A DNA stretch of 64,000 bases from Penicillus capitatus (taxonomy: Eukaryota > Plantae > Chlorophyta), in assembly GCA_965649825.1 (NCBI GenBank), contig OZ287716.1, forward strand, positions 17,678-81,677. The letters run 5' to 3'. Made by a program: the position numbers and the translations under genes. Under the pieces are notes generated by a model that saw nothing but the letters and a program-made list of their open reading frames with translations, was not told the origin of the DNA and ran no database searches. This document shows, piece by piece, positions 13,182 to 27,262 of this stretch (position 1 is its first letter; each line of letters opens with the position of its first letter).

Positions 13182-14497
13182 AGCACATCTTGCTGATTGA
13201 AAGCTGCTGATGCGTTTGTGAAGTGACGACGTGTTTTTTGACGTGTCTTGTATCTATCTGGAAGAGATTTGCGCGTTTGTGCTGTCGTCGTTTTTTCCGG
13301 ATCACTCGATCTCTGCAACGTTCCACGGGCATTGGCGTCTTCTTCACGCCTTCTGCCTAAATTTGAGTTGCTATAACAAAACAGTGCATAGTTAGAGGCA
13401 CGTTCAGCAAAGTGCACGCACGCTGTTCGCGTTGGAAAGATGCACACAGTCACCTACGAAAGTGATCGGCATAAGGAACCTTGCCACACATGCATATGCA
13501 TATCTCCTCGGTTCACGTGGTATAGGACACAATGATTACCGCTGAACTGTGGGACGAGTGGCTCACAGAAGGCGTGGAATATGAAATAATAATGAACGCG
13601 AGTTCGCATTTCTCGTGGACAGGGACACTGGCTGTGTCAATAGAGATACGGAGCGCAAGACAGACACAAAGTGAGAGAGACTCCTGCGTAGACGGGTTTC
13701 TGTGACCCTGAGAACCAAAAGTATTGTCGTCAGTTCTGTGTGGACATTACGTCCAAAGACCTGCGGATGACGATGTCAGTTTCGTCGTCTGCCCGAAGTT
13801 ATGTCCCGCGTCGAAATATTCAAACAGATCTCTCAAAGAAAATTCAAATTCAGGGGTACGCAACCAACAGTCTCTTGGCAATGCGCCGTTCTGCTTCGAG
13901 ACAGATGCGGGTCCGCCAACTATTCTAGAAATAAGCTTATTGAGCAGTTAGTCTTGAACATGATTCTTACAAGGTGTGTACACCAATACTTAAACACACA
14001 CGAGAATGGCACATCGTCGAGACGAAAGACGGTAGATCGGTGCTCGATTCTGCTATTTCTCAGTCTTTGTCCATGCATAAGAAGGTCGCAGTGAAGTTTT
14101 TTGTCTAGCGATTTTCGTTATCGGTGGACGAACTCGGTAATAGCAGTGTATTAATTCCAAGAATCAATAGTGTGACAAACCACGGGAGCGATTACACATC
14201 GAAGACGGTGTCCAGGACTGACGCCGTCTCTATGTCCAACATTTCTGTCCGAGAATCTTCAAAGTGATGTATTTGTTTCCGGGAATGAAGTCGCTGAGAT
14301 GCAAACGTCTTGTCTTTATGACTGTCTTTCTTGTCGGTTCAGTGCGAGACATATGGCAAAGTGATTCTTTCAAAGAAACGTATACCTCACAGCGCAGCCG
14401 ATCATCCGCATTAGATTAGACGAGTTACGTATGCATTGTCAACGCTGAACCCCCAACCGAGTGTGTATCGCCTTTTTCGTCTGTTTAGCACTGCAAC

Positions 14498-16257
14498 ATG
14501 AGTAACAAACTTGAGTATTCGGAAAGGGTGCTGTCGAATCCCGCCGGCGGATCTATTGAGGTTCATGCGAGCCGCAGACTGTCTTGCACGTCTTCTTCTC
14601 TCTGCAGTTGCGCATTAAGGAATTTCGTAAGTTCAAACATCAAGACATGTTTCAGAACGAACCCTTTGAGCTCGGCGGTGTTCAATGGTACCTTGGCATC
14701 CATCTTTGACTCTTCCTCAATGTACCATCTGCAGGAGACTGTTATTGTTTCGTCTTTGGGAGTTGTCGGAGACAGGTCCGAATAACGAGAAACTCATGGC
14801 GCGCCTGCTGCCGTGCACAAACGCTACTCTTGACTGCGAATACAACGTTTCTTTCCGAAACCGACAGGACCCTTCGAAGTGTCATTCTGAGACAGGTGGC
14901 ATGATATTCATCGCCATCTACTTGACATGGGTGTCTCTGTCAGTCGAATGGTATATCACCAATGCTTACGCCACTCGGCTGTGGGCCTGGTCACACACAG
15001 ACCTCGTAGATTATCAAGATATTGTCGAACCTGGGTCCGGATTTCTCTTAGAAGGAACTCTGGTTGTGTCGGCAGAGATAAGGAGAATCATAACGAGGCA
15101 AGATGAGTTAGAAAATTTGTTCAATACGTTGACGATGGAGACGGATCTGACTCTCTGCAACATCGAGTTCATTGGACTGCCGACGATTCTCGATCGGATG
15201 GATCACAAGAAGACCTACGGCATTGCCTCGACCTCCAGGAAAAGAATGCGTGTCGTCCACGCTGCCTCGACGCTCAATGTCTTACTGAATGTTCGTTAAT
15301 CTTCGATGGTCGGTCGCTCTGGAAGTTTGCAATGCGTGTAGGAAGTGCCCTGCCGTGTCTGGCTTTGCGATCAGTCTCCGAGTGGGAAAGTCTTCATACG
15401 GCATTGCCTCAACAAGATGCCGGAGACGATAACACTCCGCGACATTGCTGAAGTCCGCGGTGATGGGCAACTGTGGGCTCTGCTGTATGTAGAGCACGAT
15501 CTGAGTGAAACCCGTCGGCCAGTAAGTGACAATACCTCGATGATCTTCTGCAAGCTATACGATCCGGAAGCGTCAACTCTGACCTTCATCGGACATATCT
15601 TGATTGACGGAGACAGACGGTGCTTCAACCTCTTCTCCGAAATCGCCGATCTTGCTGCTTTGTCTACTGGAACGAAGTTCAACCTGTACCTTGAGATGGG
15701 CGAGCTGAGCGTCAAAGAGATCACGAATCCTTTCGAATCTCTCGACGGAGTAAGCGATCTGCCAGTGGAGGAAATAAAGACGATCTCCTTTCTAGAATGG
15801 ATTGGTCTCTGGTTCGGTCATCGTGATCCGTCTCAGAGAGGGAGAGGAGGAGGTATCCGAGGTGACCGTACAAAACGAGCTCTGCCTCATCTATGCCGAG
15901 GGTCTGGGTCTATCCGACGATGGAGAAGAGATAGAGGACTATGCGCCGGAACCGACAGCCGAGGTGTGCCGATCTCTGTCAGATGCACTCGAGCTGTTCT
16001 GGTGTCGCAGACGTCTGAAGAGGAGGAGGACGATGACGCGAATCTGTGCGTCGTCTGCCTATTTCAGCCCAGGACAGCAGGTTTTGTGCACGGAACATCG
16101 TATGCACTCTCATGCCCTCTTCTCATTTCCATCTCATGCCTCCAGGATGCATCGCTGTGTATGTGAGGATTGCGCAAAGCAGATTAATCAAACAGCAGAT
16201 CCAAGATGCCCCATGTGTCGTGCCGAGATTCAGCACACTATTTTTGAAATGTTTTGA
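14498..16257 (+). CDS. MATH domain + USP7/UBP12-like ubiquitin-like region + C-terminal RING finger (putative E3 ligase)
   Basis: MATH: EPFELGGVQWRLLLF ... PGSGFLLEGTLVVSAEI. USP7-C-like: MIFCKLYDPEASTLTFIGHILI. RING after splicing: CVVC..GFVHGTSMHRCVCEDCA..CPMC. Confidence 0.8.
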
Positions 16258-17281
16258 CAAGAGAATGCGTTCTGCATGTGGGGAGAAGCACATCCAAGAG
16301 AATTGGATTTCCTTTCCAGTCACAAGGATCGTCGCGTTATCTGGTCGCATGTGAAATGCGAATTGCGTGGGACAACCGACGAATGAGTTTTATCCAGTGA
16401 AATGACTCAACTGTTATTCCTTCCTTGCATTGTGTCGTGTACTTTGACACTTCTAAGTTTTTGACTGTCATGTTGCCAGTTCTGAAGTGTTATCTGTTCT
16501 TAAGTGTTATTTATGTTCATGAAAAACAATGACAAAAATTTTCATCCTGTGATTTGCGACTTAGACCTTTTCGCATCGCCCGAAGGGCATACCCAATCGT
16601 CAGTCGTCGAAATGGGCGTTTGCATTGAATGCAGTTGTATCCGACTGGACGCGTCAAGTTGAAACGACGCCGCTGTTCCTTTTGCGTCCAAGAGGGACAT
16701 GAACGCAGAGATATGTAATTGGAGTATCGACGACTGTGGGCAGAGCATTCTTGAAAGTGCCCATACCCGAGTGCGTCATGTACATCTGTCACGTCATCGA
16801 ATGCGCAGCCAAATGACTTCAAAAGACGGTGGCAAGTCGGCGAAATACGCGCAAAGATGTAGCACAGCCTAGGTCCGATCCTCCGTGATAAGAGCAACGC
16901 ATTCCATCGGAATTCCGCCGCAGAAATGAAATACATCGACACTCGAACCAGTAAATACTTTTGTTGAAAACGAGTGATTCGTGTTATCCTCTCTTTTAAT
17001 GAATTCACACATTGCGCAATCCACAAGGGTCTGTGATCCACACGGCGACGACTGCGCGCGCGTGTGTCTATCCAACACACACTCTCTCTCAAAGAAAGGC
17101 TCGTATATGCTAGAGTTTCGAGATGAAAGAAAACGGCCGTGTGCCTGAGTACGGCAGCCTCTTGCTTCTGCCGTCTTTGGGAGAGTCGTCACCGAGTACA
17201 ATTTATGCATCTGCAAAGCGGCTGATTCGATTTTGGATCGACCATTGTGTTGTCGAGTGTGACTCTTGACGAACACCGTGT

Positions 17282-19399
17282 ATGTCAACGACCAGCATGG
17301 CACATGGACTCGCCGCAGACACGAACCGCGTGCAGGTTATGGCGTTTGTCTTAAAGATGCAACGACAACGACAAGCAATCACGCATACAGGTCGTTGTTC
17401 GCACGCGTCCCTCTCGGACACATGAACTGCACGAGCCCGTCTGCGTCTCCTGTCCGTCAAATGGGCAGACGCTGCAGATCAAACAAACAAAAGACCTCGG
17501 AGGAAACAGAGAGGCAGAAGAGGCGCGCGTCTACACGTTTGACGCCTGCTTTAGCGGTTGTGTATCACAGGTAGGCTCGGATCCATATCTCGCTCGCACT
17601 TTAACGATCCCGTTGCTTCAGGAAGAGCTCTATACTCGTTGCAAGATTCGATCTCTTGTCGAGTCAGCCACGGAAGGATACATAGCGACTATCCTTGCTT
17701 TCGGCCAGACAGGATCTGGCAAGACGTTCACGACACTGGGAATGCGATTTGGACCCGGTCCTGCATCAGCAACGCATCCAGATTCCCTCGTCCCCAGCGA
17801 CGGCATCCTGCTTCGGGCCGTTTTTGACGCAATAGAGATGATGAGGGCGGCGAAATGGAGCCTGGAGGTATCTCCTGTTCGTGATACCTACCTTCTCGTC
17901 ATGCAATACTCGCAGATGCGACTGTCATGTTGCCAGATCTATAATGAATCGGTGACGGATCTGTTGGCAGACGATGGTGGTCGAAACAATGTACTCCCTG
18001 TGCGTTTTCGACGCGATCTCGGTGCCTTTGCCGTCAGAGGATTGACAGAAGCGTCATGTGACGAAGCCAGAGAGGTCGTCGCCAAACTTCGCAAAGCTTT
18101 GGCCAAGAGACATTGTCATGCCACCCGTGTCAACAATCAGTCATCGCGCAGCCACTGCTTGATCACAATGCACTTCTGCTCTCGCAAACATGGTATCCGC
18201 AGGTCATTCACATATCTCTCACACCTCTGTCTGCACTCGCTCAAATGGACAGATGCGGAAAATTCTCGATTGTCGATTTGGCAGGCAGCGAGAGATTGAA
18301 AAGCGCAGAACATGTGAGTGCGCAAGCGATCCGAGAAACCCGATGCATCAATCGAAGCTTATTTACTCTGGCACAGGCAGAGAACATCATGTCAAATGCT
18401 CCGAGGGGCGGATCGCTGTGTGGTAGGTGCTTTCGGCGGCTCGATCGATGTCCAAGAATCGACGCCGAGAAGTTCCCTATCGCGAGAGCAAGTTGACGCA
18501 GTTGTTGTGGGATGGCCTTCGAGGTCGCGGACGAACACTGATGATCGCGTGCTGCACTCCTTTTCTCCGACACTTGGCTGAGACATTACACACATTACAT
18601 TATGCCAGCACGGCCATTCGTATCAAGACCGTTCCTCAAATCGTCGCGGATTCACAAGAACAGCTGATTCGGAAACTGAGATGGGAAATAGCGAAGCTAA
18701 AACGAGAGAACGTGGAACTTGTGGAGAAGCTGCAAAGAGCCTCGCAACAATCTCCCCGTGCGGAAAACGATGCTCTGCTCACAGATTATTGCAGTCGAGG
18801 CAGAGACCTCCCTCAATGTGCAGCAACGGAAGGCGATGCCGTCGCTCTGTCGATGAATCCAGATGACGAGCAACTTGTCCTCGATGCCGTTGGCAATGCA
18901 GCGTCGACAGTCAACGAGGACACGCCTCACGTTGTTGATGATGACGAGAAAAACAACGCCGTGATGTTTGAAGAGGTCTTTCAAGGAGGTAAGCGATCGA
19001 ACAAATGAGAATCTCGTGTGCATTGACTGGTTGCAAGATCATGAAGCCGAGTTGCCGTCGCTGAACACATTCGTCGGCAGTGATGTGGGTTGCTGCGAGG
19101 CCCCCAAGATGAACAAACGAAAGCAGGATGACGGCAAGGTCACTCTGCCCAGATCCGTTCCAGAGAAATCGCCATACAGTGCAGCGTTGGCCCAACGCAG
19201 TCCATACGTTCAGCGAATTGCCTTCGGTGGCACGAGACACAGAAGACGTCCGATTCAGCCCACTTCTGCTCTAGAGGCATTTCAGTCGAGAATCGTGAGA
19301 GAACTGAATCAGACGAAGAGGCAGATCAAGAAACAGCGAGAGAATCTAGCGAAGAAGGTGCAAAATTCGAAGCGTCTAGAACAAGAATGGGTCAGTTGA
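17282..19399 (+). CDS. Kinesin motor protein (N-terminal motor, KIF12-like) with a coiled-coil tail
   Basis: VQVVVRTRP, YTFD, GQTGSGKT (P-loop), QIYNE, NNQSSRSH, VDLAGSER, INRSL and VPYRESKLTQLL. Confidence 0.92.
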
Positions 19400-19571
19400 G
19401 ATCGAAAACGAGTCCTTCATTTTTGTCAGCCTTCTCACATGTAAAGACACCTCGCGCGATAGGATTCGTCCTCGTCGTCACTTCCTTCGATCAACCGTCG
19501 TACATGACAAACGTCTACATTCTCAACTCAAGTTCCATACCTGACGTCACTTTCTTAAGACGCAGAAGAGA

Positions 19572-20910
19572 ATGAGCGCCGAAGAAAAGACAAAAGCTTT
19601 TCGGTAATGGACAAAAAATAGACACGCCACAATGCGCGACTTTGTTTAGATTGTTCGACTTCGAAAACAACGAACGCTGGAAGGAGTATTTGCTTCGAAT
19701 CGATATCTCCGGGCCTGGTTACAACGAAAAACTGTTGAAACTTAAGGCCAAATGGTACAAGAGAGAAGTGGTGAGCACAGAGAGCAATACTAAACACGAG
19801 GCACGACCTTCATACAGGACGCTGACTTTGACTTGACATGGTTGGCGAAACATGGAGCGGCAGATCTGAACAGTTCAGCATCTACAGCCACTCGTAATGG
19901 AGGTCACTCTTTAACGCGTCCAATCCTCTGTGTGACCACGGATGGGCTTTAGGAGGCGGACAGAGCAGTTCAGCTGCACCATCTCCTGATTCTGCAACCT
20001 CTGCACCGCGTTCGACCATGCCGCCGCAACAGAAGCGGCAGCCATTGACCATCACGGCATTGCATTTTGCTGTAACGGCTATTCTTTACTTCTAGACGAC
20101 ACAAGCGTTTCTCTGTATCTAGATCCTGATCACAGGACTGGTAAGTCTGCTGCCTCTCTGTCCGCGATCGATCCATCGAATCTTCCTTCAGCTTGTTGTT
20201 CGTAAGTACATGTCATTTTACTCAACGGCATTGCGTGAGCTGCGTGACAGTGTCGTCTATTTTGAAGATCGGGCACCAGTTTGGATGGCCGAAATTCACT
20301 CCGCTCAGCGAGTTGAAGGTCTGGGTCAGTCGGGTGATGAGCACTACTGACTGTCAGTATGGATTCATGGCACTCCTCTTCTTCCGACATATCCCGACAC
20401 GTCTCGTCTTTATCCCTTCGACCATCTTGGCGGCTTACCATGCATTTCACTTTCTCAATGGTCGTTTCTCAAACCGTGCACTCTGGAAGCGTTACGGAGA
20501 AAAGGCCTTCACGTTCATGGCCTCCCGTCAAGTATGCATCACCACAATCGTATGCAGACGATGTGACAAATGTCCCTTTTGGCAGAGTGATGCTGCGCTG
20601 CTCAATGCCGTGTCCGAAATTGGGACAGGCTTTGTGATGCTCCTGCAGATGTTCACGCCGACGAGGAACGTGCTTATCACCGTTATGTACTGGCAATGGC
20701 TACGCATGCGTTACTGGTCACCCGATTCCGCCGCCATCCATCGCCAAGTCTCTCTCCATCACACTCAACGCCTATCTCATTCCCCACTCGCTCTTTTTAC
20801 AGGCATGGGTCAATATTGGACACAAAGTCGATCCTTTGCTAAAGATGGTTCCCATTCTCCGCATTCCGATCAATCTCGTACAAAGATGGTTCACACAACG
20901 CCCTGTTTAA
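19572..20910 (+). CDS. TMEM33: TMEM33/Pom33-family ER membrane protein (plant-type N-terminal extension)
   Basis: N-terminal FDFENNERWKEYL..KWYKREV, hydrophobic segments (CQYGFMALLFF, AVSEIGTGF) and YWQWLRMRYWSPD. Confidence 0.75.
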
Positions 20911-20945
20911 TCGAGTCGATTGTTCTGTGATGCGCTGAATCGACG

Positions 20946-22391
20946 ATGCACTTCTCAGTGCCGCAGTCACTCGTTCGAGATACGCACTTCGTCCGCGTCT
21001 GGCACTTGCGATCATCGCGGCAACATGCTGTTCGTCACAGCCACGCCCCAGCCGAGCACCCGGAAGAGATAGACGCGCCGGCCGCGACACCTCCACTGAC
21101 GTGGGTCAAAGTAACAACATTACAGCTGTGCCCATCTCACAGCTCACACTATTAGAGCGTCAGAGAAACGCGCAATAGTATTGTAGCGTTCATGCACCGC
21201 CAGAACTTTGTTCCCGCTTTCGTCTCCCTGCTGCGAGGCGACGGCTCGGATCAGGAAGCCGTCGTCGTCGATCGCACAGATGCGGTAACGGTCGATACGA
21301 ACGCATGTCGTGTCATTCCTTTCGAACTCAACAAAGTAGACGTCTATAGTTTTCCATCCCTTCAATGCATTCAGCATCCGACGGTCCAAGTCATGATCGA
21401 TCGAAAGATGAAAAGAAGCTTGCCCAATCGACGGAGGGACAAATTCAAGTTAGGATTAGTCATCGAAGGAGGAGGCATGCGCGGAGCTGTATCTGGGGCG
21501 ATGTGCATGGAACTGCGTCGATTAGGATTCTTAGACGTTTTCGATGTTGTGTACGGCAGTTCAGCCGGTGCCATTAATGGAGCTTATTTTCTCACAGGAC
21601 AAGAAGCGGGGATGAATATCTACTTTGAGCATCTCACCAGTAAACGATTTATTGATTTTCGTCGTCTCTTTGGACCAGATCCCGTTCTGGATCTCAATTT
21701 CTTGATTGATGATATTATGGAAGATGTGGTGCCGTTGGATTGGAAGGCAGTATTGAAGTCCAAGATTCCATTGAAAGTCATTGCCTCTTCGTTGAATCAC
21801 ATGACATCCGTAACGCTGGGAGGATTCAGAGACAAAGCCGATTTGGTGACAGCCCTGAAGGCATCGTGCACTGTTCCCGAAATCGTGGGCCCACCCGAAG
21901 AGCTCTACGGACACAGACTGGTAGATGCCGCCGTCTTCGAGCCCATTCCGTACAGAGCTGCCATCCAAGACGGCTGCACACACGTCTTGTCACTCTGCAG
22001 TCGTCCCCGACCTCGTGGCGCAAGCGGACGCGTGCGTCGTGCAATGAAACAGATCTTGGATCGCACTATCAAGAGATTTGTATTGAGTCCGCCTTACATG
22101 GAAGGGGCGTGGAAGGTCGAAGTGGAGGAGATGCTGAAGGCTGGTGGGATGGATGCAGATGATCTGATGTTGCTGACCATGATGCAAGGATTACAAGGGA
22201 TGGAAACGACGCCGATGGACGGACACATCTTCGCCATTTACCCATCGCCCGATCACATCATCCCCCCGACGACCATCGACGGTGAGCTGCTGCGTGTTGG
22301 AGCAAGAGATGCACGGAAAGCAGTGGATGGACTGTTCGAGCCGTTGGCGAAGAATACCGAGACTCCAAACAGGTCTTGGCTTTTCGTTTGA
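20946..22391 (+). CDS. Patatin-like phospholipase with a probable N-terminal targeting exon
   Basis: GGGMRG glycine loop, GSSAG nucleophile elbow and DAA variant of the DGG motif. A 45-nt intron joins the 20946 ATG exon in frame. Confidence 0.85.
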
Positions 22392-22582
22392 TCCAAAAGT
22401 GAAGTGGCTTCGAATTTCTTATTGTTTGTCTATTTGTCTGGCAGTTACGATGAACAGTTACGAATGCTATGTGTCTGCTGATTGGATCGGTTTGCAACGT
22501 GTAAGTAAATGGACGGGTTGAGAAAGTTGTTTTTGTATACACACGCCCACTCACCCACTCAAGCAAACATGTCTCAGTGGGA

Positions 22583-25500
22583 TCATGAGTCGATGACATG
22601 GGAATTGTCACTTGCACAAGAAGCATCGGAAGAGACAGAAGTCTTTTTGCTTCCAAGAGAGGAACGCAGACGTCGTCTAAACTGTCCAAGTTTAGATGTC
22701 TGATCGTTGACCATGGCAGAGAGGATCTGTCTTTGGGCATTGTCGAGGTAAGAAGAGGCCACCTGCATCAGACTCTCCATCGAGGCGACCAGCTGACCAC
22801 GCAAAGAAGAATCGAGAATCTGGCATAGGCAGGGAAAGGGCCTTGCATTCTGTGATGCACACATGGAGTGACTCACTTCAACACCTTCCAGAATAAGCAA
22901 TGAATCGAAGATGGCTGTGGCAGTGAGGCGCAGTTGCAATGGAGTGGTCGCATCGGGAGAGGCCTCTTGCAAAGCATCCAAGAAGCCTGGAATTTGCTTC
23001 AGGACAAATGTGGCATGGACGTTGCATTGGGAGGCAGCTGATGAGAAAGCTTTCAGGGCAGTCAGTTTGACCTGAATGAAGGCACACGCTGCGACTCATG
23101 CATTTCAGAAGAAACAGAAGGAAGACCCGAGGCAGATCGGACGTCATGATGTGCTCCGCAGCAGCATACACCTTTTCCATCAGTTCTGAAGAATTGGGAT
23201 GCATGGTAGCGATCTGTCGCAGGGCTGTGATGACATGCAGTCTCACAGAGAGATCTGTATCTTTTGCCAGCCCAGAGAGCACTGTAGATAGCAGTCACGA
23301 GTGTCATGGCAACATCGAGACTGCAGGAATACCAGGTGCGATGGTGGAGAAGATATCTTGGTAGGATGCACGGAGGCACAATGCTTCAGCGATCAATGCA
23401 GCTCCGCATTTGAGTGTTCCTCCCGCGGAAGTGGAGAATTGCACCATGAAGTTCGTGAGGATTTTAAAGGTCGAGGGAAAATTACCCGAAAACACAACAG
23501 CTGAGATAAAAGCCTGCAATGCGAGACATCAGACATCGACCAGAGCGAACAATGATCCATGCCATACTTGCTTGTTTTCGATGGCCCATGGAGCTCTGGC
23601 AGGGTCATTCGTTTTGAGAAGAGAGTGCACGAAGTTGTGCAATCCATCTTCTTCGCCTTCCGAAAAGATACCGGCAAAACTGATAGGAAAAACGGAAGCT
23701 CTGTCTTCGCATTCCGGTTGCCGCCGCTGCATGACATCCATAAGCGCCTTTGATCTTGTCAGGCAGGCGATGGGATGCACATCATGCAGACCAGAAGCGG
23801 CCAAGAATAGAGGTTTCATGGCCCCTTCTGTGATACACCATTCTGAGAGAATCATAGGCATTCAGATGTGACAGGTCCTTTTCGCGAGTGACTGACCAAA
23901 CGCTTTGTGTGTTGCTCTGACAGTGGATACCAATCGCTCTCTTAGTTTTAAACACTCACTCACCGGAGCGATGTGACTGATGATCGAAATGATCGACGGG
24001 AGAATCTCTCGCACAAAGACGTGTGCTTCGGAGGTTGTTTCGGTCTCCTGGGTTTCGTCAAACCACTGCTCAAACGCCAAGGCTCTCTTTTCTGAGCCGT
24101 GTTCTGTGGTCATGGCATTCGTGGAAGATGAGAGACGGATTGTGAGCAGATATGACAGACCTGAATTCAGTGAATTGCGTTCCTTGTCAGCAGCGGGGGT
24201 CAATGGATCATTGCTCTCGGATTCTGACATATATGGCACTCAGCAGAATCCTGCGATGTTGATCGTGAAGTGCACTCACTTCTGAGATTGTGCGTCACCC
24301 AGAACGGAATGCCTTCCATACAGATCTTCGCAAATTGAGGCAAAACTGCTTCGAAGAGATTGAGTAAGCTCAGAATCTATTCTCATGCCATTTCAAGACT
24401 GTTTCCGAATGTACGGTATACCTTTTTCTGCTGAGGGCTCTTGGGAAGTCGACCTGGCATAGTTCCCGATTCGTCAGATGCCTTGTGAGTCTTGTTTGCC
24501 GCTGGAGCGCTCTCCAAAATCTCGTGAACGTCTTCGAATATTCGGCGTACGGCACGTCCGTCAAGATGCAGGCCTCCCCGGCTATCTCTCAGTACTGGCA
24601 CCAGTTCTGCAAATGCCGCATCAGAGACTGTGGCCTCTGCGTCTGTCACAAAATCGATCAAAAGGTCTTCGACCTGTAAACAGAGAAGATAGATGCTTAG
24701 ATACTGATGTCTGGTAAGTACGGCATGTTCTTTGTGCGATGGAAAGTCGGCCACTTTGAAGCAGGATGAGAGACTCATCAGTGCAGCTCTTCGTACGAGC
24801 ACATGAGGATCCGTACTGAGTTGGCGAATCAGAGAAAGCAAAAGGGAAGATCGGATGTCTTCTTCGACATAATGGCAAATGACTCCCAGTATCTCAGCCA
24901 CCATCAGACGCTTTTCGTGCCTCTTCGCCCAGACAATACACGAACGCATGATTCGATTCGACGAAAAGGGCATCTTACCTTATGGTTGGCAAGCTCACAG
25001 CATTGAGGGATAATCTCTTGGTTGATTCTTTGGCTGTCAACGCTCTCGGCCAGAAGCTCAATGCCATGAACCATGCTCTGATAGCCACTGTCAGCAACGA
25101 TAGCTGATGCGATATGCCTCTCTCACTTGTCTCTGCTCATCGTCTGGATGCTTGATCAGATTAAAGAGCATCGACTGCAGTGCCATTCTGCCAGACACAT
25201 CAGGGTGATCACGGGAGAGGGCAACCAGTACAGGAATGCAGTCTACAGACATGCTCATCGAACATGTTTGACAAGAGGCCATAGCTACCAGATCGTTTTT
25301 TGATGAGGACGTTGGGGACTATCTTTGGTAAGTATTCCATCAAGATGGTCAGCAGCTCGGTCGAAGGCATATGCATCGGCGTTTTTGGAAGTGTTGTCGA
25401 ATTCCATGGAGTCATTGGTTCACTGTCAACGTCACCGTCTGTTGACACACCCGTCAATGTGACATGCTTCGTAGAACTGACATCGGGTGTCATCACTCTT

Positions 25501-26549
25501 TCACTCTTCTCTGCTGAATCGGATGCAACACCATCGCTCTTGTTATCACCCTGTCAGCCAAAGCACAGCACGTCACGACTAACCTGACCAGAAAGGCAGC
25601 CAAACCACCTGTAGTTCGGGAACAGATGCGGCTGAAATTCCGTTCGCCTCTACTGCATCCCCACCCCCGTTACTCTTCTGTTGCATCCATGCCATTATGT
25701 ATAGTATTGATAAGATGACAGTGTACTTCAGAATCCTTTCCCTGTTCTTGGACTTGGTGATAGTATTGGGCTAATGTGTGCCCTGCTGGTTGTTTTTTCT
25801 CGAATTCAGGAAACGCTTCTTCTTGGAAGGTCAAGGCAGTCACTTTGTACCCGCATTGCAGCAGATATGCCATGACAACACTATTCAAGTGTTTTCTATT
25901 ACCAAACAAGACGTCACCTCTATTCAACCGCGAGAACGCATCGACGCACTTCTCATCTCCCACTCCGTTTTCTTGTTTTGGAGAAGAGGAGAATTCTGCT
26001 TGCATCTCGGGAGATATCGCATCCTCTGCGGATGTTGCATACATCCCAGAGTAATCCTGATCCCCATCGAGGTATCGTAGGGCGAATCCAATCTCTGTGC
26101 CTCACTTTGGTCTGTTTCAGATCTTCCGTCGCGACACGAAGTTCGTACTCTGCTAAACAGAGCTTCTGTTCTCGCTCTTTGGCCAACAGGATACTGCTCA
26201 GGGCTGGACAAGCAAAAATGAATGCGGTTGGGGGTATAGGGGGCAAGGGACGCACCATCTTCGCCTTGGAATCTCTGAACCTCCTCTGGAGGAAAGCGTG
26301 AGGTGTCGCTATAGAAGTTCTGCAGAAGGAAAATGATCATGTCGCTGCAGAGCGCTGCTTGCCTTCAGGAATCGCAGGTCAAAGCCTCCGAGTTCTTGCC
26401 CTTCCACCAAGAATTCCAGCCCTGTGAGGTAGAGCCCGTTGCCGATGAGATACTGTGAAACCTGAAAGAAACGACGCATCGTTTCCGTTCAATTCGAACT
26501 GAGGCAGCATTGCCTGTTCAGTTGTGAGAGCGCTTTGCACCGCAGCCAT
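22583..26549 (-). CDS. RELCH: LisH and HEAT-repeat protein RELCH/KIAA1468 homolog, multi-exon
   Basis: YLIGNGLYLTGLEFLVEG, NFYSDTSRFPP, LisH motif LNSVVMAYLLQCGYKVTALTFQEE, LPKIVPNVLIKKR, LFNLIKHPDDEQRQ and HEAT repeats. Confidence 0.88.
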
Positions 26550-27262
26550 GGCTGTTGTTCAAAATGCACCGTGCCTGAAACGACTTATTAATAGCGACGA
26601 ACGAATGACGGCAGAGCAGGCGAACGAACAAACAAACAGACGTCAGTCATTACACTCCGTCATCTACAGAGCCACAAGAGAACAGTCGATTTTGAAGGAG
26701 GGGGAGACAGAAAGCACGGGAGACAGTGGAGACTATCTCCTGCTTGGTTGGATACTGTCATTACGCATCCTTGTCTAAAAAGCCAACCCACAGCATATGT
26801 CATAAAGGCAGGAGCATCAGGGAAGGGCATGATGCATCCTCATCGGAGCGCAGGATCAAACAGAAGCCATGTGCACAGATGATGAATGGATGGGACGCAA
26901 TTACCGTCAAGATTCATCGAGCCTTGAAGGAGTGCGAGACGTCCGAGTTGTGTCTGGATCACCTGAAACGTGCGCAACGCCATGACATCACTGCGCATCT
27001 CTCGTTTCCATAATCTGAGCAACAGATCGGGTCACATCACGGAGAAGCAGCCCGTTGGCTCGGTAAATGCAGCAGTCTTACGCGTTTCTTCCAAGGAATC
27101 GCTTGCTCTCGCCACGCATACGACTGAGGGGCACGTTACTCTTTCCGCGAAGAGACGACGCTCCGTGTCGCATGTGGTGCATCAGACATCGACGGGCGGC
27201 TCTCGCGATCATGTGGTCGATGCGCGTCACGCAATGGCGATGATCGTCTGAAGGGTCGGTGG

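Noticed and set aside
13200-14490. snoRNA or other ncRNA in the long intergenic gap
   Set aside because: Only weak C/D-like words are present, with no terminal stems or recognisable guide sequences. I also saw no tRNA or rRNA anywhere in the window.
16517-17270. Minus-strand ORFs upstream of the kinesin, and similar ORFs at 26640-27250 and 43726-44400
   Set aside because: They have no recognisable motifs or consistent splice model, so they cannot be supported as genes from sequence alone.
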